Position numbers and translations under genes: made by a program. A stretch of 64,000 bases of DNA, from contig CAZIZX010000004.1 of assembly GCA_964544275.1 (NCBI GenBank), positions 20,251 through 84,250 on the forward strand, read 5' to 3'. How positions within the stretch are numbered: position 1 is the first letter of the stretch; each line of letters begins with the position of its first letter. The notes below the pieces were generated by a model, which saw only the letters and a program-made list of their open reading frames with translations, made no database searches and was not told the origin of the DNA. The stretch is from an uncultured Gammaproteobacteria bacterium (lineage in GTDB: Bacteria; Patescibacteriota; Microgenomatia; UBA12405). Below, piece after piece: positions 9,296 to 19,309 of this stretch.

Positions 9296-10455
9296 CCCGA
9301 CTGATAGATCAACTCAATAACAGTCACTTTATCTTCTACTTCCTGGTAGTCGATAATTTTTTGGATATCAGCTTGCCGGAACTAAAAAACTTTCACTTAA
9401 TCTACGCTTCCAAAAATCAAAATCTAAAAAGTCTCAAAAAAAACAACTTACCCTATTTTTGCCTCGAAGAACAAGGTATAAAACTCGATACCAAAAATTC
9501 CGGCAAACTTTTATCCCACAAACTGGTCGCTGAATATATAAAAAAGACCAGCCATGCTTCCAAGCTAACCCCAGCTATCATTCCTTTCAAACCATCCGCC
9601 AAAATCGATCATCTTTGTCGACTACACAAATGGACCCTGGTCAGTAATCCCTCAAAAGTCAACCGCCAGTTAGAAGACAAAATTAAATTTCCCCAAATTT
9701 GTCAACAGTTCAACATACCCGTCCTCCCTTTTTCCATTGGCAAACTTACTCAAAAAAATTTTCAGAAACATCAGCAATTATTCGGTCCGGACCTGGTCGT
9801 CCAAACCCATTTTGGCTGGGCCGGGAATAGCACTCACTACGCCAATACCTTCAGCAAAATTTCGAAATTAATTCCAACCGATACGCTGGTCAAATTTTCT
9901 CCCCTCATGGAGGGTTACACCCTAATAAACAATTGCTGCCAGACACATCTCGGTCTAATTCAAAGCCCTCCCGGTTTTCAGTTAACCGGAATCAAATCCT
10001 TGACCCAAAACCCTTTTGCCACCGTTGGTCGGCAATGGCCCTCTACCGCCCCACCAAATATCCAAAAGCAAGTCAGAAAAATAACCAACCAATTTTCTAC
10101 TCTTTTATCAAAATATAAATACCGCGGCTTTTTTGGACTGGACTTCTTTGTCTCCAAAGACCAAGTCTACCTCCTGGAGTGCAATCCTAGGTTAACCGCC
10201 TCTTTTTCCTTCTATACCCAATTAGAAAAAAACGCCAAAATTACACCTTTATTCTATTACCATCTAGCTGAGTTTATTAGCCAAAATTATAAATTTAATT
10301 ATACTTTACAAAAATACCGTTTTAATAATACCTCTATCGTTGGGACCGAACTGACACCCAAAAACAAAAATAACGTTACTATCCAAAAAATTCATATACC
10401 ATCAACTGTTCATTCGGTTCAGAATATTCCGAATCTCTCCATTAATCTCCCTTGA
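9292..10455 (+). CDS. ATP-grasp ligase (Ddl/CPSase-like C-terminal ATP-binding block), function unknown
   Basis: The C-terminal 'YRGFFGLDFFVSKDQVYLLECNPRLTASFSF' matches the ATP-grasp E-x-N-(P) Mg/ATP block ('R.DFF...YLNEIN..PG' in Ddl, 'EMNPR' in CPSase-like enzymes). The N-terminal half is divergent. It occupies the murD/ddl position in the dcw cluster. Confidence 0.55.
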   Translation: MTRLIDQLNNSHFIFYFLVVDNFLDISLPELKNFHLIYASKNQNLKSLKKNNLPYFCLEEQGIKLDTKNSGKLLSHKLVAEYIKKTSHASKLTPAIIPFKPSAKIDHLCRLHKWTLVSNPSKVNRQLEDKIKFPQICQQFNIPVLPFSIGKLTQKNFQKHQQLFGPDLVVQTHFGWAGNSTHYANTFSKISKLIPTDTLVKFSPLMEGYTLINNCCQTHLGLIQSPPGFQLTGIKSLTQNPFATVGRQWPSTAPPNIQKQVRKITNQFSTLLSKYKYRGFFGLDFFVSKDQVYLLECNPRLTASFSFYTQLEKNAKITPLFYYHLAEFISQNYKFNYTLQKYRFNNTSIVGTELTPKNKNNVTIQKIHIPSTVHSVQNIPNLSINLP

Positions 10456-11630
10456 AAATGAACAAGTCTCAAAATAGATATATTCTTCCCCTGGTTACTT
10501 TTTCCTTGGTTTTAATTGGCTTAATTTTTATATCAGTTTCGTCTCTCTCCGAAGCCTCTTCCACTACCGGCAATAAATTTTTCTTTATCGAAAAGCAACT
10601 AATTTGGCTGGGATTAGGCCTAATCTGCTTTTATTTTTTCTCCAAAATCAAAATATCCACCATCCAAAAAATGTCTTTCCCTCTATACATTGTCTCGATA
10701 ATAACCTTGGTTCTGGTTCTCATTCCTACTCTGGGAAATCAGGCATTAGGTGCCAGACGTTGGCTGGATTTAGGCATTATCGGCATTCAGCCCTCCGAAA
10801 TTGTTAAATTCACCTCCATAATCTACTTCTCCTTCCTTTTCTCAAAAGAAAACAAAAGAAACATGAAAAACCTGATTATCTACTTGGCTATTCCTTTCAT
10901 TCTAATTCTTCTTCAGCCCAATTTAAGCACAGCCATCCTGATTTCTACCATCGTCATTTCCGTCTATTATCTGGCCGGCGGCGAAATTATGTCCCTCTTT
11001 CTTCTCTGCATTTCCACCGCTTTTTTGAGCCTATTATTAATATTCACCTCCTCCTACCGGCTTGCCCGATTTAGAACTTTAATCAACCCCCAGGAAAACA
11101 CCACTTCCGCCTCCTATCACAGCAATCAAATAATTTTAGCCCTCGCCTCAGGAGGCTTTTTTGGTAAAGGTGTTGCCAACTCAGATCAAAAATACCGCTA
11201 TATTCCCAAAGTTTCTACCGACTCGATTCTGGCGGTTATCGGAGAAGAGACCGGCTTTATCGGCACCGGTTTAATCGTTCTAATTTACCTCTACCTGATC
11301 ACCTACCTTTTTAAATTAGCCCAAAAAATCACCGACCCGTTCCAGTCTCTCTTCGTCAGTAGTACCGCCTGCTGGATCGGTTATCAATGTTTAATTAACA
11401 TTTCAGCTATCGTCGCCATCATCCCTCTAACCGGCGTTCCTCTTCCTTTCATCTCCTATGGCGGATCTTCTCTCATCACTCTACTTTCAGCCATCGGTCT
11501 GGTTAGAAATATCGAAAAAAACAATGCCAAGCTGATATACTCAATTAGTGAACCAGAAAGTAAAGACCATCCTGATAACCGGCACCCACATTACCCCGGC
11601 CGTCGAGCTCATCAACCAACTCAAAAATGA
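10452..11630 (+). CDS. ftsW: SEDS-family peptidoglycan glycosyltransferase FtsW
   Basis: About 10 TM helices. Motifs 'ARRWLDLGIIGIQPSE' and 'IPKVSTDSILAVIGEETGFIG' are SEDS-like. Sits between the mur genes and murG. Confidence 0.85.
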   Translation: MKMNKSQNRYILPLVTFSLVLIGLIFISVSSLSEASSTTGNKFFFIEKQLIWLGLGLICFYFFSKIKISTIQKMSFPLYIVSIITLVLVLIPTLGNQALGARRWLDLGIIGIQPSEIVKFTSIIYFSFLFSKENKRNMKNLIIYLAIPFILILLQPNLSTAILISTIVISVYYLAGGEIMSLFLLCISTAFLSLLLIFTSSYRLARFRTLINPQENTTSASYHSNQIILALASGGFFGKGVANSDQKYRYIPKVSTDSILAVIGEETGFIGTGLIVLIYLYLITYLFKLAQKITDPFQSLFVSSTACWIGYQCLINISAIVAIIPLTGVPLPFISYGGSSLITLLSAIGLVRNIEKNNAKLIYSISEPESKDHPDNRHPHYPGRRAHQPTQK

Positions 11631-12636
11631 TCCTCTTGTCAAATGGAATATCGTTTATATTGGACGCAAACACAACTCCAGCACCTCAGACATTCCTTCG
11701 ATAGAATCAAAACTAATACCATCTCTTGGTGTCAAATTCTTTGGTATCAACTGTGGCAAACTTGACCGAAGATGGTTTCCCAACACCATCAAAGGCATCC
11801 CTCAGACATGTCGCGCCTTAACTGCCTCGCTTGAAATTCTCAAAAAAACCCAGCCTGATATCGTAATTTCCTTCGGAGGATATGTTTCAGTTCCTGTAAT
11901 CATCGCCTCCGAAATTAGCCACATCCCGTCCATCACCCATGAACAAACCCTCACCAACAGTCTATCCACTCGGATCAATAGCTACTTTACCGACAAGATA
12001 GCCTTGTCGTTTAACAATAAAAAACAGATCGGGTCGTTACCCGGAAACAAGGTCGTCGTCACCGGAAACCTTTTACGTTCTCAGATCTACACTACCAAGT
12101 CGAAACTTTTCTCCAAAATCAAGACCAAACTCCCAATTATTTATGTCACCGCCGGCAACCAGGGCTCTCAAACTATCAACCAGACTATTTCCCACCTCTT
12201 ACCTCAACTCAAAAATTTTTTGATCATCCACCCCGTCGGTCAACAGGACTATTCCCAAATTAAAAAATTATCGTCAAAATATCCCAATTATCTGGTATAT
12301 GAATACATTGGTACCGACGACATCGGTTGGGTACTCAATAAAGCCCAAATAATTATTAGTCGTTCCGGTGCCAACACCAGCCAGGAAATCGTCGCCTTAA
12401 ACAAAAAATCTATCCTTATCCCTCTTCCTTTTAGTCAGCAGGACGAACAACTCAAAAACGCCCAATGGGTCCAAGATAAACTCCCTCACCACACCATTAT
12501 TCTCGATCAATCGCAACTTAATCCGGAAAGTCTATTAACAGCCATCAATAACCTCTTAGAGAAACCGGAGCTCAAAAAGGATAAAATAAACCATGGCAAC
12601 CAAAAATTGGTCCAAGTCATTCACGATCTTATATAA
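11548..12636 (+). CDS. murG: UDP-GlcNAc:lipid I GlcNAc transferase (GT28)
   Basis: N-terminal 'ILITGTHITPAV' glycine-rich loop. GT28 C-terminal domain 'SRSGANTSQEIVALNKKSILIP'. GTG start, and the gene overlaps ftsW by 83 nt. Confidence 0.8.
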   Translation: MNQKVKTILITGTHITPAVELINQLKNDPLVKWNIVYIGRKHNSSTSDIPSIESKLIPSLGVKFFGINCGKLDRRWFPNTIKGIPQTCRALTASLEILKKTQPDIVISFGGYVSVPVIIASEISHIPSITHEQTLTNSLSTRINSYFTDKIALSFNNKKQIGSLPGNKVVVTGNLLRSQIYTTKSKLFSKIKTKLPIIYVTAGNQGSQTINQTISHLLPQLKNFLIIHPVGQQDYSQIKKLSSKYPNYLVYEYIGTDDIGWVLNKAQIIISRSGANTSQEIVALNKKSILIPLPFSQQDEQLKNAQWVQDKLPHHTIILDQSQLNPESLLTAINNLLEKPELKKDKINHGNQKLVQVIHDLI

Positions 12637-13000
12637 AAAAACCTTTCTCGCCCTTCTATTTTCGCTTTTAGCCTATTTGCTTTTTTTTCAGTTACACAAC
12701 GACAATCTCCATATCCAGATAGACCCGTCTTCCAATAAAAATGAATACTTACATCGACTTAATTTAGTCCTGAACACAGCCAACATCAACCCAAGCCAAC
12801 TAATATTGCGTGATTTTCAAAACGAAGTTGAGTTTCTTCTCGTAGACAATAATCATACTTCCAAAGTTATTCTATCTACCCAAAAAGACCCCTATCAACA
12901 AATTGCTTCTTTACAACAAATTTTAAAAATAGCTAAAATTAGTGACAAACATGTTAAGTTTATCGATTTAAGTATAGGCCGCCCATATGCAACACTCTAA
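12593..13000 (+). CDS. Putative short FtsQ/DivIB-like division protein
   Basis: Single N-terminal TM helix and a small periplasmic domain. The position between murG and ftsA is that of ftsQ. Only 135 aa, so the homology is unconfirmed. Confidence 0.3.
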   Translation: MATKNWSKSFTILYKKTFLALLFSLLAYLLFFQLHNDNLHIQIDPSSNKNEYLHRLNLVLNTANINPSQLILRDFQNEVEFLLVDNNHTSKVILSTQKDPYQQIASLQQILKIAKISDKHVKFIDLSIGRPYATL

Positions 13001-14237
13001 AATAGTCAGTGGCATCGACATTGGTACCTCAAAAGTTACGACCATAATCGGCCAATACTTTGATACCGAAGACAGGTTCAATGTTATTGCCGTCTCCTCA
13101 ATACCTTCCCTCGGTTTTAGAAAAGGCCAGATTATCAATCTGGAACAAGCCTCCAACACTATAACCCAAAGTATTGAATCAGCCGAAAGAATGGCTGGCT
13201 TTCAAATAAGTAATTCTATCGTCTCTTTCTCTGCCCCCCATATCGAATCTATAAATTCCCACGGCGTCGTCGCTATCAGTAACCCCAACGGCGAAATTGA
13301 ACCCATCGATATTAACCGTGTTATTGAAGCCGCCAAAGCTATTCCTCTTCCTGCAGGCAAAGAAATACTTCATGTCCTTCCTCGAAAATATACTGTTGAT
13401 GGTCAGGAGGGAGTAATCGATCCTGTTGGCATGAACGGCATCCGTCTTGAAATAGAAGCCAATATCATAGTTGCCTCCAGTCCAGCTATCAAAAATCTCA
13501 AAAAATGCCTTGAAGAAATTGGTATTCATATAACCACCTTAATTTATTCCGGTTTACCCACAGCCAAAGCAGCTCTTACCGAAACCGAAAAAGAACTCGG
13601 CGTTGCCCTAGTGGATATCGGTGGTAGCATCACCACTATAACCATCTATTCCGAAGGATCACCCTGCTATACTGCTGTCCTGCCGGTAGGAGCCAACAAT
13701 GTCACCAATGACCTGGCTATCGGACTTCGATTTTCACTTGAAGATGCCGAAAAAATTAAACTCCGTCTCAACAAAGCAGTCGAAAACAAAAAATTTGACG
13801 ATGAAATTGAACTATCACATTTCGGCGTCAGTTCCGAAGACAAAAGGAAAATTTCGCTCTCCACTGCCGTCAACGGTATAATCAAACCCAGGCTTGAGGA
13901 AATGTTCAGCCTGGTTTACACCCAAATTGAAAGTAGCGGTTTTCAAAATATCATCCCTGCCGGTATAGTTTTAACCGGTGGAGGGGCTCAAACAATTAAT
14001 GCCAGAGAAATTTGTTCCAAAACCATACCCCTACCTTTCAGGATCGGCAATCCACCCAAAATTGGTGGAGTTGTTGACGATATTATCAACCCTAGTTTTA
14101 CAAGTTCCATCGGTCTGCTGATGTACGCCCTAGACCAAAACGTCAAAGAAGACCCTTCCTCGGGCAAAAAAGGTAAAGTTTCTCTTAACGGTCTCTTTGG
14201 TCGTATCAAAAGCATGCTCGAACCTCTTCTTCCCTAA
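12987..14237 (+). CDS. ftsA: Cell division protein FtsA
   Basis: Actin-fold N-terminus 'VSGIDIGTSKVTTIIG' and 'VDIGGSITTITIY'. Lies directly upstream of ftsZ. Confidence 0.85.
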   Translation: MQHSKIVSGIDIGTSKVTTIIGQYFDTEDRFNVIAVSSIPSLGFRKGQIINLEQASNTITQSIESAERMAGFQISNSIVSFSAPHIESINSHGVVAISNPNGEIEPIDINRVIEAAKAIPLPAGKEILHVLPRKYTVDGQEGVIDPVGMNGIRLEIEANIIVASSPAIKNLKKCLEEIGIHITTLIYSGLPTAKAALTETEKELGVALVDIGGSITTITIYSEGSPCYTAVLPVGANNVTNDLAIGLRFSLEDAEKIKLRLNKAVENKKFDDEIELSHFGVSSEDKRKISLSTAVNGIIKPRLEEMFSLVYTQIESSGFQNIIPAGIVLTGGGAQTINAREICSKTIPLPFRIGNPPKIGGVVDDIINPSFTSSIGLLMYALDQNVKEDPSSGKKGKVSLNGLFGRIKSMLEPLLP

Positions 14238-14239
14238 AT

Positions 14240-15406
14240 ATGGCACTAATAAAAACACTGGCCGGACAATTCGCCAAAATGAAAGTTATCGGAGTGGGTG
14301 GGGGTGGAAATAATGCCATTAACTCCATGATATCCGAAGAGGGAATAACCGGAGTCGACTTTATCTCCATCAATACCGACTCCCAAGCCCTCCTAAACTC
14401 TCTCGCTCCCATAAAAATACAATTAGGTGAAAAATTAACCAAAGGCTTAGGCGCTGGTGGTAACCCTCAAATAGGGGAGGAGGCCGCCGAAGAATCCCGG
14501 GAAAGAATCAAAGAAATTCTCGAAGGTACTGACATGGTCTTCATTACTGGCGGCATGGGCGGAGGCACCTGCACCGGAGCCGCTCCTATAATCGCCGAAA
14601 TTGCCAAAAAAGAACTAGGGATTCTCACCATTGCCGTTGTCACCAAACCCTTTCTTTTTGAAGGTACCCGTCGCATGACCAATGCCGAAGAAGGTATTTC
14701 CCGTCTTCGTGAAAATGTTGACACTTTGATTGTCATCCCCAACCAAAAAGTCATGGATATAGTCAACGACAAAGCCACTCTCCTCGAAGCTTTCAAGATT
14801 GCCGACTCTGTTTTGAACAAAGGCACCAAAGCCATTGCCGAGCTGATTACCACTCCTGGCCTTATTAATCTCGATTTTGCCGATATCAAATCAATCATGA
14901 GCAACGCCGGATCGGCACTTATGGGAGTAGGGGAGGCCGAAGGCGACAATCGATCCAGGAATGCCGTTATTGCCGCCATTGATTCCCCGCTGGTCGAAGT
15001 CAATATCGAAGGCGCTCGCGGAGTTTTAATTAACATCAGTGGTGGACCTGATTTGACCATGGCCGAAATCGAAGAATCAGCCAAAACTATTACCGAACAC
15101 ACCGCCCCCGATGCCAATATTATTTTCGGTGCCACCATCGACAATAATCTCAAAAACAAAGTCAAAATTACTGTTATCGCCACCGGATTCGACCAACGGC
15201 CCAAACTTTTTCAGCCAACCTCAAAACCCCTTCAATCCCAAACACCCCCTCCCTCCAAACAGCCTGAACTTATTAAAACCGATCACGAAAATAAAACCGC
15301 GACTGACCCCAAAATAAAACAAATTATCAACGAAGATGATCTGCCTCAAGGAGTCGATATTGTTGATGAATTTGATATTCCCGCTTTCCTTCGGAAGAAT
15401 AAATAA
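14240..15406 (+). CDS. ftsZ: Cell division GTPase FtsZ
   Basis: 'GVGGGGNNAIN' and the tubulin signature 'TGGMGGGTCTGAAP'. Disordered C-terminal tail. Confidence 0.95.
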   Translation: MALIKTLAGQFAKMKVIGVGGGGNNAINSMISEEGITGVDFISINTDSQALLNSLAPIKIQLGEKLTKGLGAGGNPQIGEEAAEESRERIKEILEGTDMVFITGGMGGGTCTGAAPIIAEIAKKELGILTIAVVTKPFLFEGTRRMTNAEEGISRLRENVDTLIVIPNQKVMDIVNDKATLLEAFKIADSVLNKGTKAIAELITTPGLINLDFADIKSIMSNAGSALMGVGEAEGDNRSRNAVIAAIDSPLVEVNIEGARGVLINISGGPDLTMAEIEESAKTITEHTAPDANIIFGATIDNNLKNKVKITVIATGFDQRPKLFQPTSKPLQSQTPPPSKQPELIKTDHENKTATDPKIKQIINEDDLPQGVDIVDEFDIPAFLRKNK

Positions 15407-15460
15407 TCAGTGCTATAATATTTCAAGCTTTCAGGCCCTATTCAAAAAGACAATTTTCAC

Positions 15461-18271
15461 ATGAAAAATAAAAAGTTTTTCAACGATATTCCAGACAATT
15501 TCAATTTTGCCGAAAATGAGAAATTTCTCCTTGATTGGTGGGATAAAAATGATCTCATCAGAAGTTACCTAAATAAGAATGCGAATTCCGACAAAAATTT
15601 CTCTTTTATCGACGGCCCCATTACAGCCAATGGTCCAATGGGAGTCCACCATGCCCGAGGTAGAACCCTGAAAGACGTTTTTCAAAGATACAAAAACTCC
15701 CAAGGATACAGGCAACGCTTCCAAAACGGCTTCGACTGCCAAGGCCTGTGGGTCGAGGTGGAGGTCGAAAAAGACGCTGGTTTTAACTCCAAAAAAGACA
15801 TCCAAACTTTCGGACTGGATAACTTTACCCAAGCCTGTCTCGCCCGGGTAGAAAAATTCTCCAACCTTCAAACCAATCAATCAAAACGTCTCGGTATGTT
15901 TATGGACTGGGAAAACTCCTATTACACAAATTCAAGAACCAACAATCTCTACATCTGGCATTTTCTCAAAAAAGTCCACTCAAACGGCTGGCTGATCAAG
16001 AAAAAATCTGCCGCCACTTGGTGTCCCCGCTGTGAAACCGGCCTTTCCCAACACGAACAGGCCGACGGGTACCAGGAAATTAGCGATATTTCTGTTTACA
16101 CCAAATTCAAACTAAAAGATTCCGCCAACGAATATGTCCTTGTTTGGACCACCACGCCCTGGACCCTTTCGGCTAATGTTTTATTGGCTATAAATACGAA
16201 TTTTCAATACGTCAAAGTCCATCAAGATGATAACTACCTTTACTTAGCCAAGGAAGCCGCAGACAGGCTGGGCTTGACCGATTATGAAATAATCGATCCG
16301 TCAATATTAATTAATCGTTCTTATGAATCGCTCTTTGATATTCCCGCTCAAGAAGGCATCAGCCACTACATCACCCAATGGGATGCAGTTGACCCCATAG
16401 AAGGCACCGGCGTGGTCCACATCGCTCCCGGCTGTGGTCAGGAAGATTTCGAACTCGGCCAAAAACTTAACGCCGACATCATAGCTCCAATAAACGAAAG
16501 AGGCTATTTTATTGATGGTTTTGGTCAACTGACCGGCCAATACGCTCATGATGTTGCCCCACTCGTGTTTACCTATCTCAAACAATCGGACTCCTTTTTT
16601 AAAACAGAAAAAATTACTCACCGCTATCCTCACTGCTGGAGATGTAAAACTAAATGTCTTTTCCGGCTTGAAGATAGCTGGTTTATAAAATCAGACGAGA
16701 TCCGGCCATTGCTAAAACAAGCTGCTAGCACCGTCAAGTGGCACCCAAAATATTCCGGCCGTCGTATGCAGAATTGGCTCGACACCATGGAAGATTGGAT
16801 GATAAATCGGAAACGGTTTTATGGTTTAGCCTTGCCTTTCTACCAATGTACCCACTGTCACCAACTTACTGTAATCGGAAGTCTCGAGGAGCTGAAGTCC
16901 TTGAGTATCAACCCCCAACTCGTTGACCAACTTCAAAGCCTCCACCGGCCCTGGATTGACAAAATTGAAATCCGCTGTCCCCAATGTCAACAAACAGTCA
17001 GGCGTATTCCTGACGTCGGTGATGTCTGGTTGGATGCTGGCGTCGTCCCGTTCTCCACTTTAAAATATCTCGAGGACAAAGAGTATTGGCAGCAATGGTT
17101 TCCGGCAGAATTGGTCTTAGAAATGATTGAGCAAGTCAGATTGTGGTTCTATTCCATGCTGTTCTTCAGTGTTACTCTCGAGAACACCGCTCCATACCAA
17201 AACGTCGTCGCTCACGGAGAAGTCCGTGATGAACGCGGGGACAGAATGAGCAAAACCAAAAAAAACGGCATCCCTTACGACGAAGCCGTTGAAAAAATGA
17301 CAGCCGACGCCATGCGTTGGTTATACTGTCAACAAAAACATTTCATTTCGGTAAATTTTGGTTACAACATCGCCGACAATGTCAAACGAAGCTTCATTCT
17401 AATCCTCTGGAATACCTATCGGTTTTTTATCCAACATGCCAACGCCATCAACTGGTCACCGTCCTCAGAAACTTTAGATATTACCCAAATCACCAATCCA
17501 CTTGACCGTTGGATTCTTTCCCGGCTCCACACCGTTATCGCCGCCGCCACTAACCATCTGGATAAATTCGACACACCCAAAGCCACTACTAACATTGAAA
17601 AACTGGTTGAAGACCTGTCTACCTGGTATGTCAGGCGCTCCCGTGAGCGTGACGATAATTTGGGAGTTCTCCATGAAGTTTTAACCACAATTTCCAAGCT
17701 AATCGCTCCCTTTATGCCTTTCATGGCTGAGACCATGTATCAAAACCTTGTGGGTACTTCTGATTCAGCCAAAACCACCTCTGTCCACCTGCAAAATTGG
17801 CCAACAGCCCAAAATAATCTGGTGGACGAAAAGCTAAATCTCGAAATGGACCTGGTTCGGGATATCTCCCGCCAAATCCACGGTATTCGCCAGAAAGAAG
17901 CTATTAAAGTCCGCCAACCACTCAGCCAAGCCACAGTAAATATTAACCAATCTTCGATATCACCTTCCCTGATAAACATTCTCAAAGAAGAAACCAATGT
18001 CAAAAACATAATCTGGGAAAAAAGTACTTCACCTACCCCTCAAGTCAGTTTGGACACCAAACTCACTCCCGACTTAATCAGTGAAGGAGAGTACCGGGAT
18101 TTTACCCGCTCAGTTCAAATATTGAGAAAAGAAATGGGACTCAATCTCCAAGATAAAATCAAAATATTTGCCCCTTCCTGGCCAAAAAATTTTGAGGAAA
18201 ATATCAAGTTAAAAACCTTGGCCGTGTCGATCGAAACATCTGACAACCTCAAAATTGAAAAAGTCAGTTAA
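15461..18271 (+). CDS. ileS: Isoleucyl-tRNA synthetase
   Basis: HIGH-region 'PITANGPMGVHHARG', 'KMSKTKKN' (KMSKS) and a CP1 editing region. A zinc-knuckle-like WCPRCETG motif is present. 936 aa. Confidence 0.9.
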   Translation: MKNKKFFNDIPDNFNFAENEKFLLDWWDKNDLIRSYLNKNANSDKNFSFIDGPITANGPMGVHHARGRTLKDVFQRYKNSQGYRQRFQNGFDCQGLWVEVEVEKDAGFNSKKDIQTFGLDNFTQACLARVEKFSNLQTNQSKRLGMFMDWENSYYTNSRTNNLYIWHFLKKVHSNGWLIKKKSAATWCPRCETGLSQHEQADGYQEISDISVYTKFKLKDSANEYVLVWTTTPWTLSANVLLAINTNFQYVKVHQDDNYLYLAKEAADRLGLTDYEIIDPSILINRSYESLFDIPAQEGISHYITQWDAVDPIEGTGVVHIAPGCGQEDFELGQKLNADIIAPINERGYFIDGFGQLTGQYAHDVAPLVFTYLKQSDSFFKTEKITHRYPHCWRCKTKCLFRLEDSWFIKSDEIRPLLKQAASTVKWHPKYSGRRMQNWLDTMEDWMINRKRFYGLALPFYQCTHCHQLTVIGSLEELKSLSINPQLVDQLQSLHRPWIDKIEIRCPQCQQTVRRIPDVGDVWLDAGVVPFSTLKYLEDKEYWQQWFPAELVLEMIEQVRLWFYSMLFFSVTLENTAPYQNVVAHGEVRDERGDRMSKTKKNGIPYDEAVEKMTADAMRWLYCQQKHFISVNFGYNIADNVKRSFILILWNTYRFFIQHANAINWSPSSETLDITQITNPLDRWILSRLHTVIAAATNHLDKFDTPKATTNIEKLVEDLSTWYVRRSRERDDNLGVLHEVLTTISKLIAPFMPFMAETMYQNLVGTSDSAKTTSVHLQNWPTAQNNLVDEKLNLEMDLVRDISRQIHGIRQKEAIKVRQPLSQATVNINQSSISPSLINILKEETNVKNIIWEKSTSPTPQVSLDTKLTPDLISEGEYRDFTRSVQILRKEMGLNLQDKIKIFAPSWPKNFEENIKLKTLAVSIETSDNLKIEKVS

Positions 18272-19266
18272 TGCAAAAAAACTACGGTCTCCCCATAACC
18301 ATCAGTCTATTCCTCCTCTTTTCCATCAATATTCTGATGGTCAGTTCTCTTGCTCCACACATCTTACTCAGGCAATTATTTGCCTGGTTTATCGGTTTTA
18401 TGTTGTTTCTATTCGGTAGGCAGCTAATTCCTAAACAACTGGCACCCCAGAAAAATCTGATCCTAGCCTTCTCCTGTCTGCTTCTTCTGACTCCAATTGT
18501 TATGAACAATATAACCAGAGGTTCCAGGCGATGGATTGATATCGGTCCACTTTCAATTCAGCCCACCGAAGTCGTTAAGCCCTTACTTATGGTTTTCCTA
18601 GCCACTTCCTCAACACCCCTGCTTCACTTGATTCCAGTTTCGATAATCGCTATCCAACCGGACCTGGGAAGTGCCCTGTCCACGCTCTTTTTAATAACTC
18701 CCATAGTTTTGTACAGCAAAAAACTCCTGAAGCTGACTCTCGTAGGGTTGTTTGCCCTAATCGCCCTATCACCCATAATTTGGAGAAACGTACTCCATGA
18801 CTACCAAAAAAACAGAATTATTTATTTCTTAGATCCGACCTCCGATCCACTTGGAAAAGGATACAACATAATTCAATCAAAAATTGCCATTGGTTCGGGT
18901 GGATTATTTGGCAAAGGTTATCGTAAGGGGAGCCAGGGCCAGCTACTTTTCCTTCCCGAAAAGCATACTGACTTTATGCTGGCCGCTACGGGTGAGGAGT
19001 TAGGTTTCTTCGGAATAACCTTAATAATATCATCCTACTTCCTGCTTATTAGTTCACTTTTCAAAAAAGCTTATTCTACCTCAGACCGACCTCTGTTTAT
19101 TTTTACCCTAGGCATTGCTTTCCAGATTTGGATGCAGGCATTTGTTAATATCGGCATGAACATTGGCATCCTTCCGGTAACCGGAACCCCCCTGCCCTTT
19201 CTATCGGTTGGAGGATCTTCAATTATGTCGCTGTTATTCTCTCTGGGAATCGTCTTTTCTTCCTGA
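18271..19266 (+). CDS. Second SEDS-family protein (RodA/FtsW-like)
   Basis: Polytopic. Motifs 'GSRRWIDIGPLSIQPTE', 'LPEKHTDFMLAATGEELGF' and 'PVTGTPLPFLSVGGSS' are SEDS-like. Confidence 0.8.
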   Translation: MQKNYGLPITISLFLLFSINILMVSSLAPHILLRQLFAWFIGFMLFLFGRQLIPKQLAPQKNLILAFSCLLLLTPIVMNNITRGSRRWIDIGPLSIQPTEVVKPLLMVFLATSSTPLLHLIPVSIIAIQPDLGSALSTLFLITPIVLYSKKLLKLTLVGLFALIALSPIIWRNVLHDYQKNRIIYFLDPTSDPLGKGYNIIQSKIAIGSGGLFGKGYRKGSQGQLLFLPEKHTDFMLAATGEELGFFGITLIISSYFLLISSLFKKAYSTSDRPLFIFTLGIAFQIWMQAFVNIGMNIGILPVTGTPLPFLSVGGSSIMSLLFSLGIVFSS

Positions 19267-19273
19267 ATTCTCA

Positions 19274-19301
19274 TTAACTTACATATCTCTTGTGATATAA
19301 T
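19274..19301 (+). promoter_or_regulatory. Candidate sigma70-type promoter for rplU-rpmA (TTAACT-N16-TGATATAAT, extended -10)
   Basis: TATAAT at 19296-19301 is preceded by TGn. A weak -35 lies 16 nt upstream. The element ends 9 nt before the rplU ATG. Confidence 0.3.
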
Positions 19302-19309
19302 CAAACATT

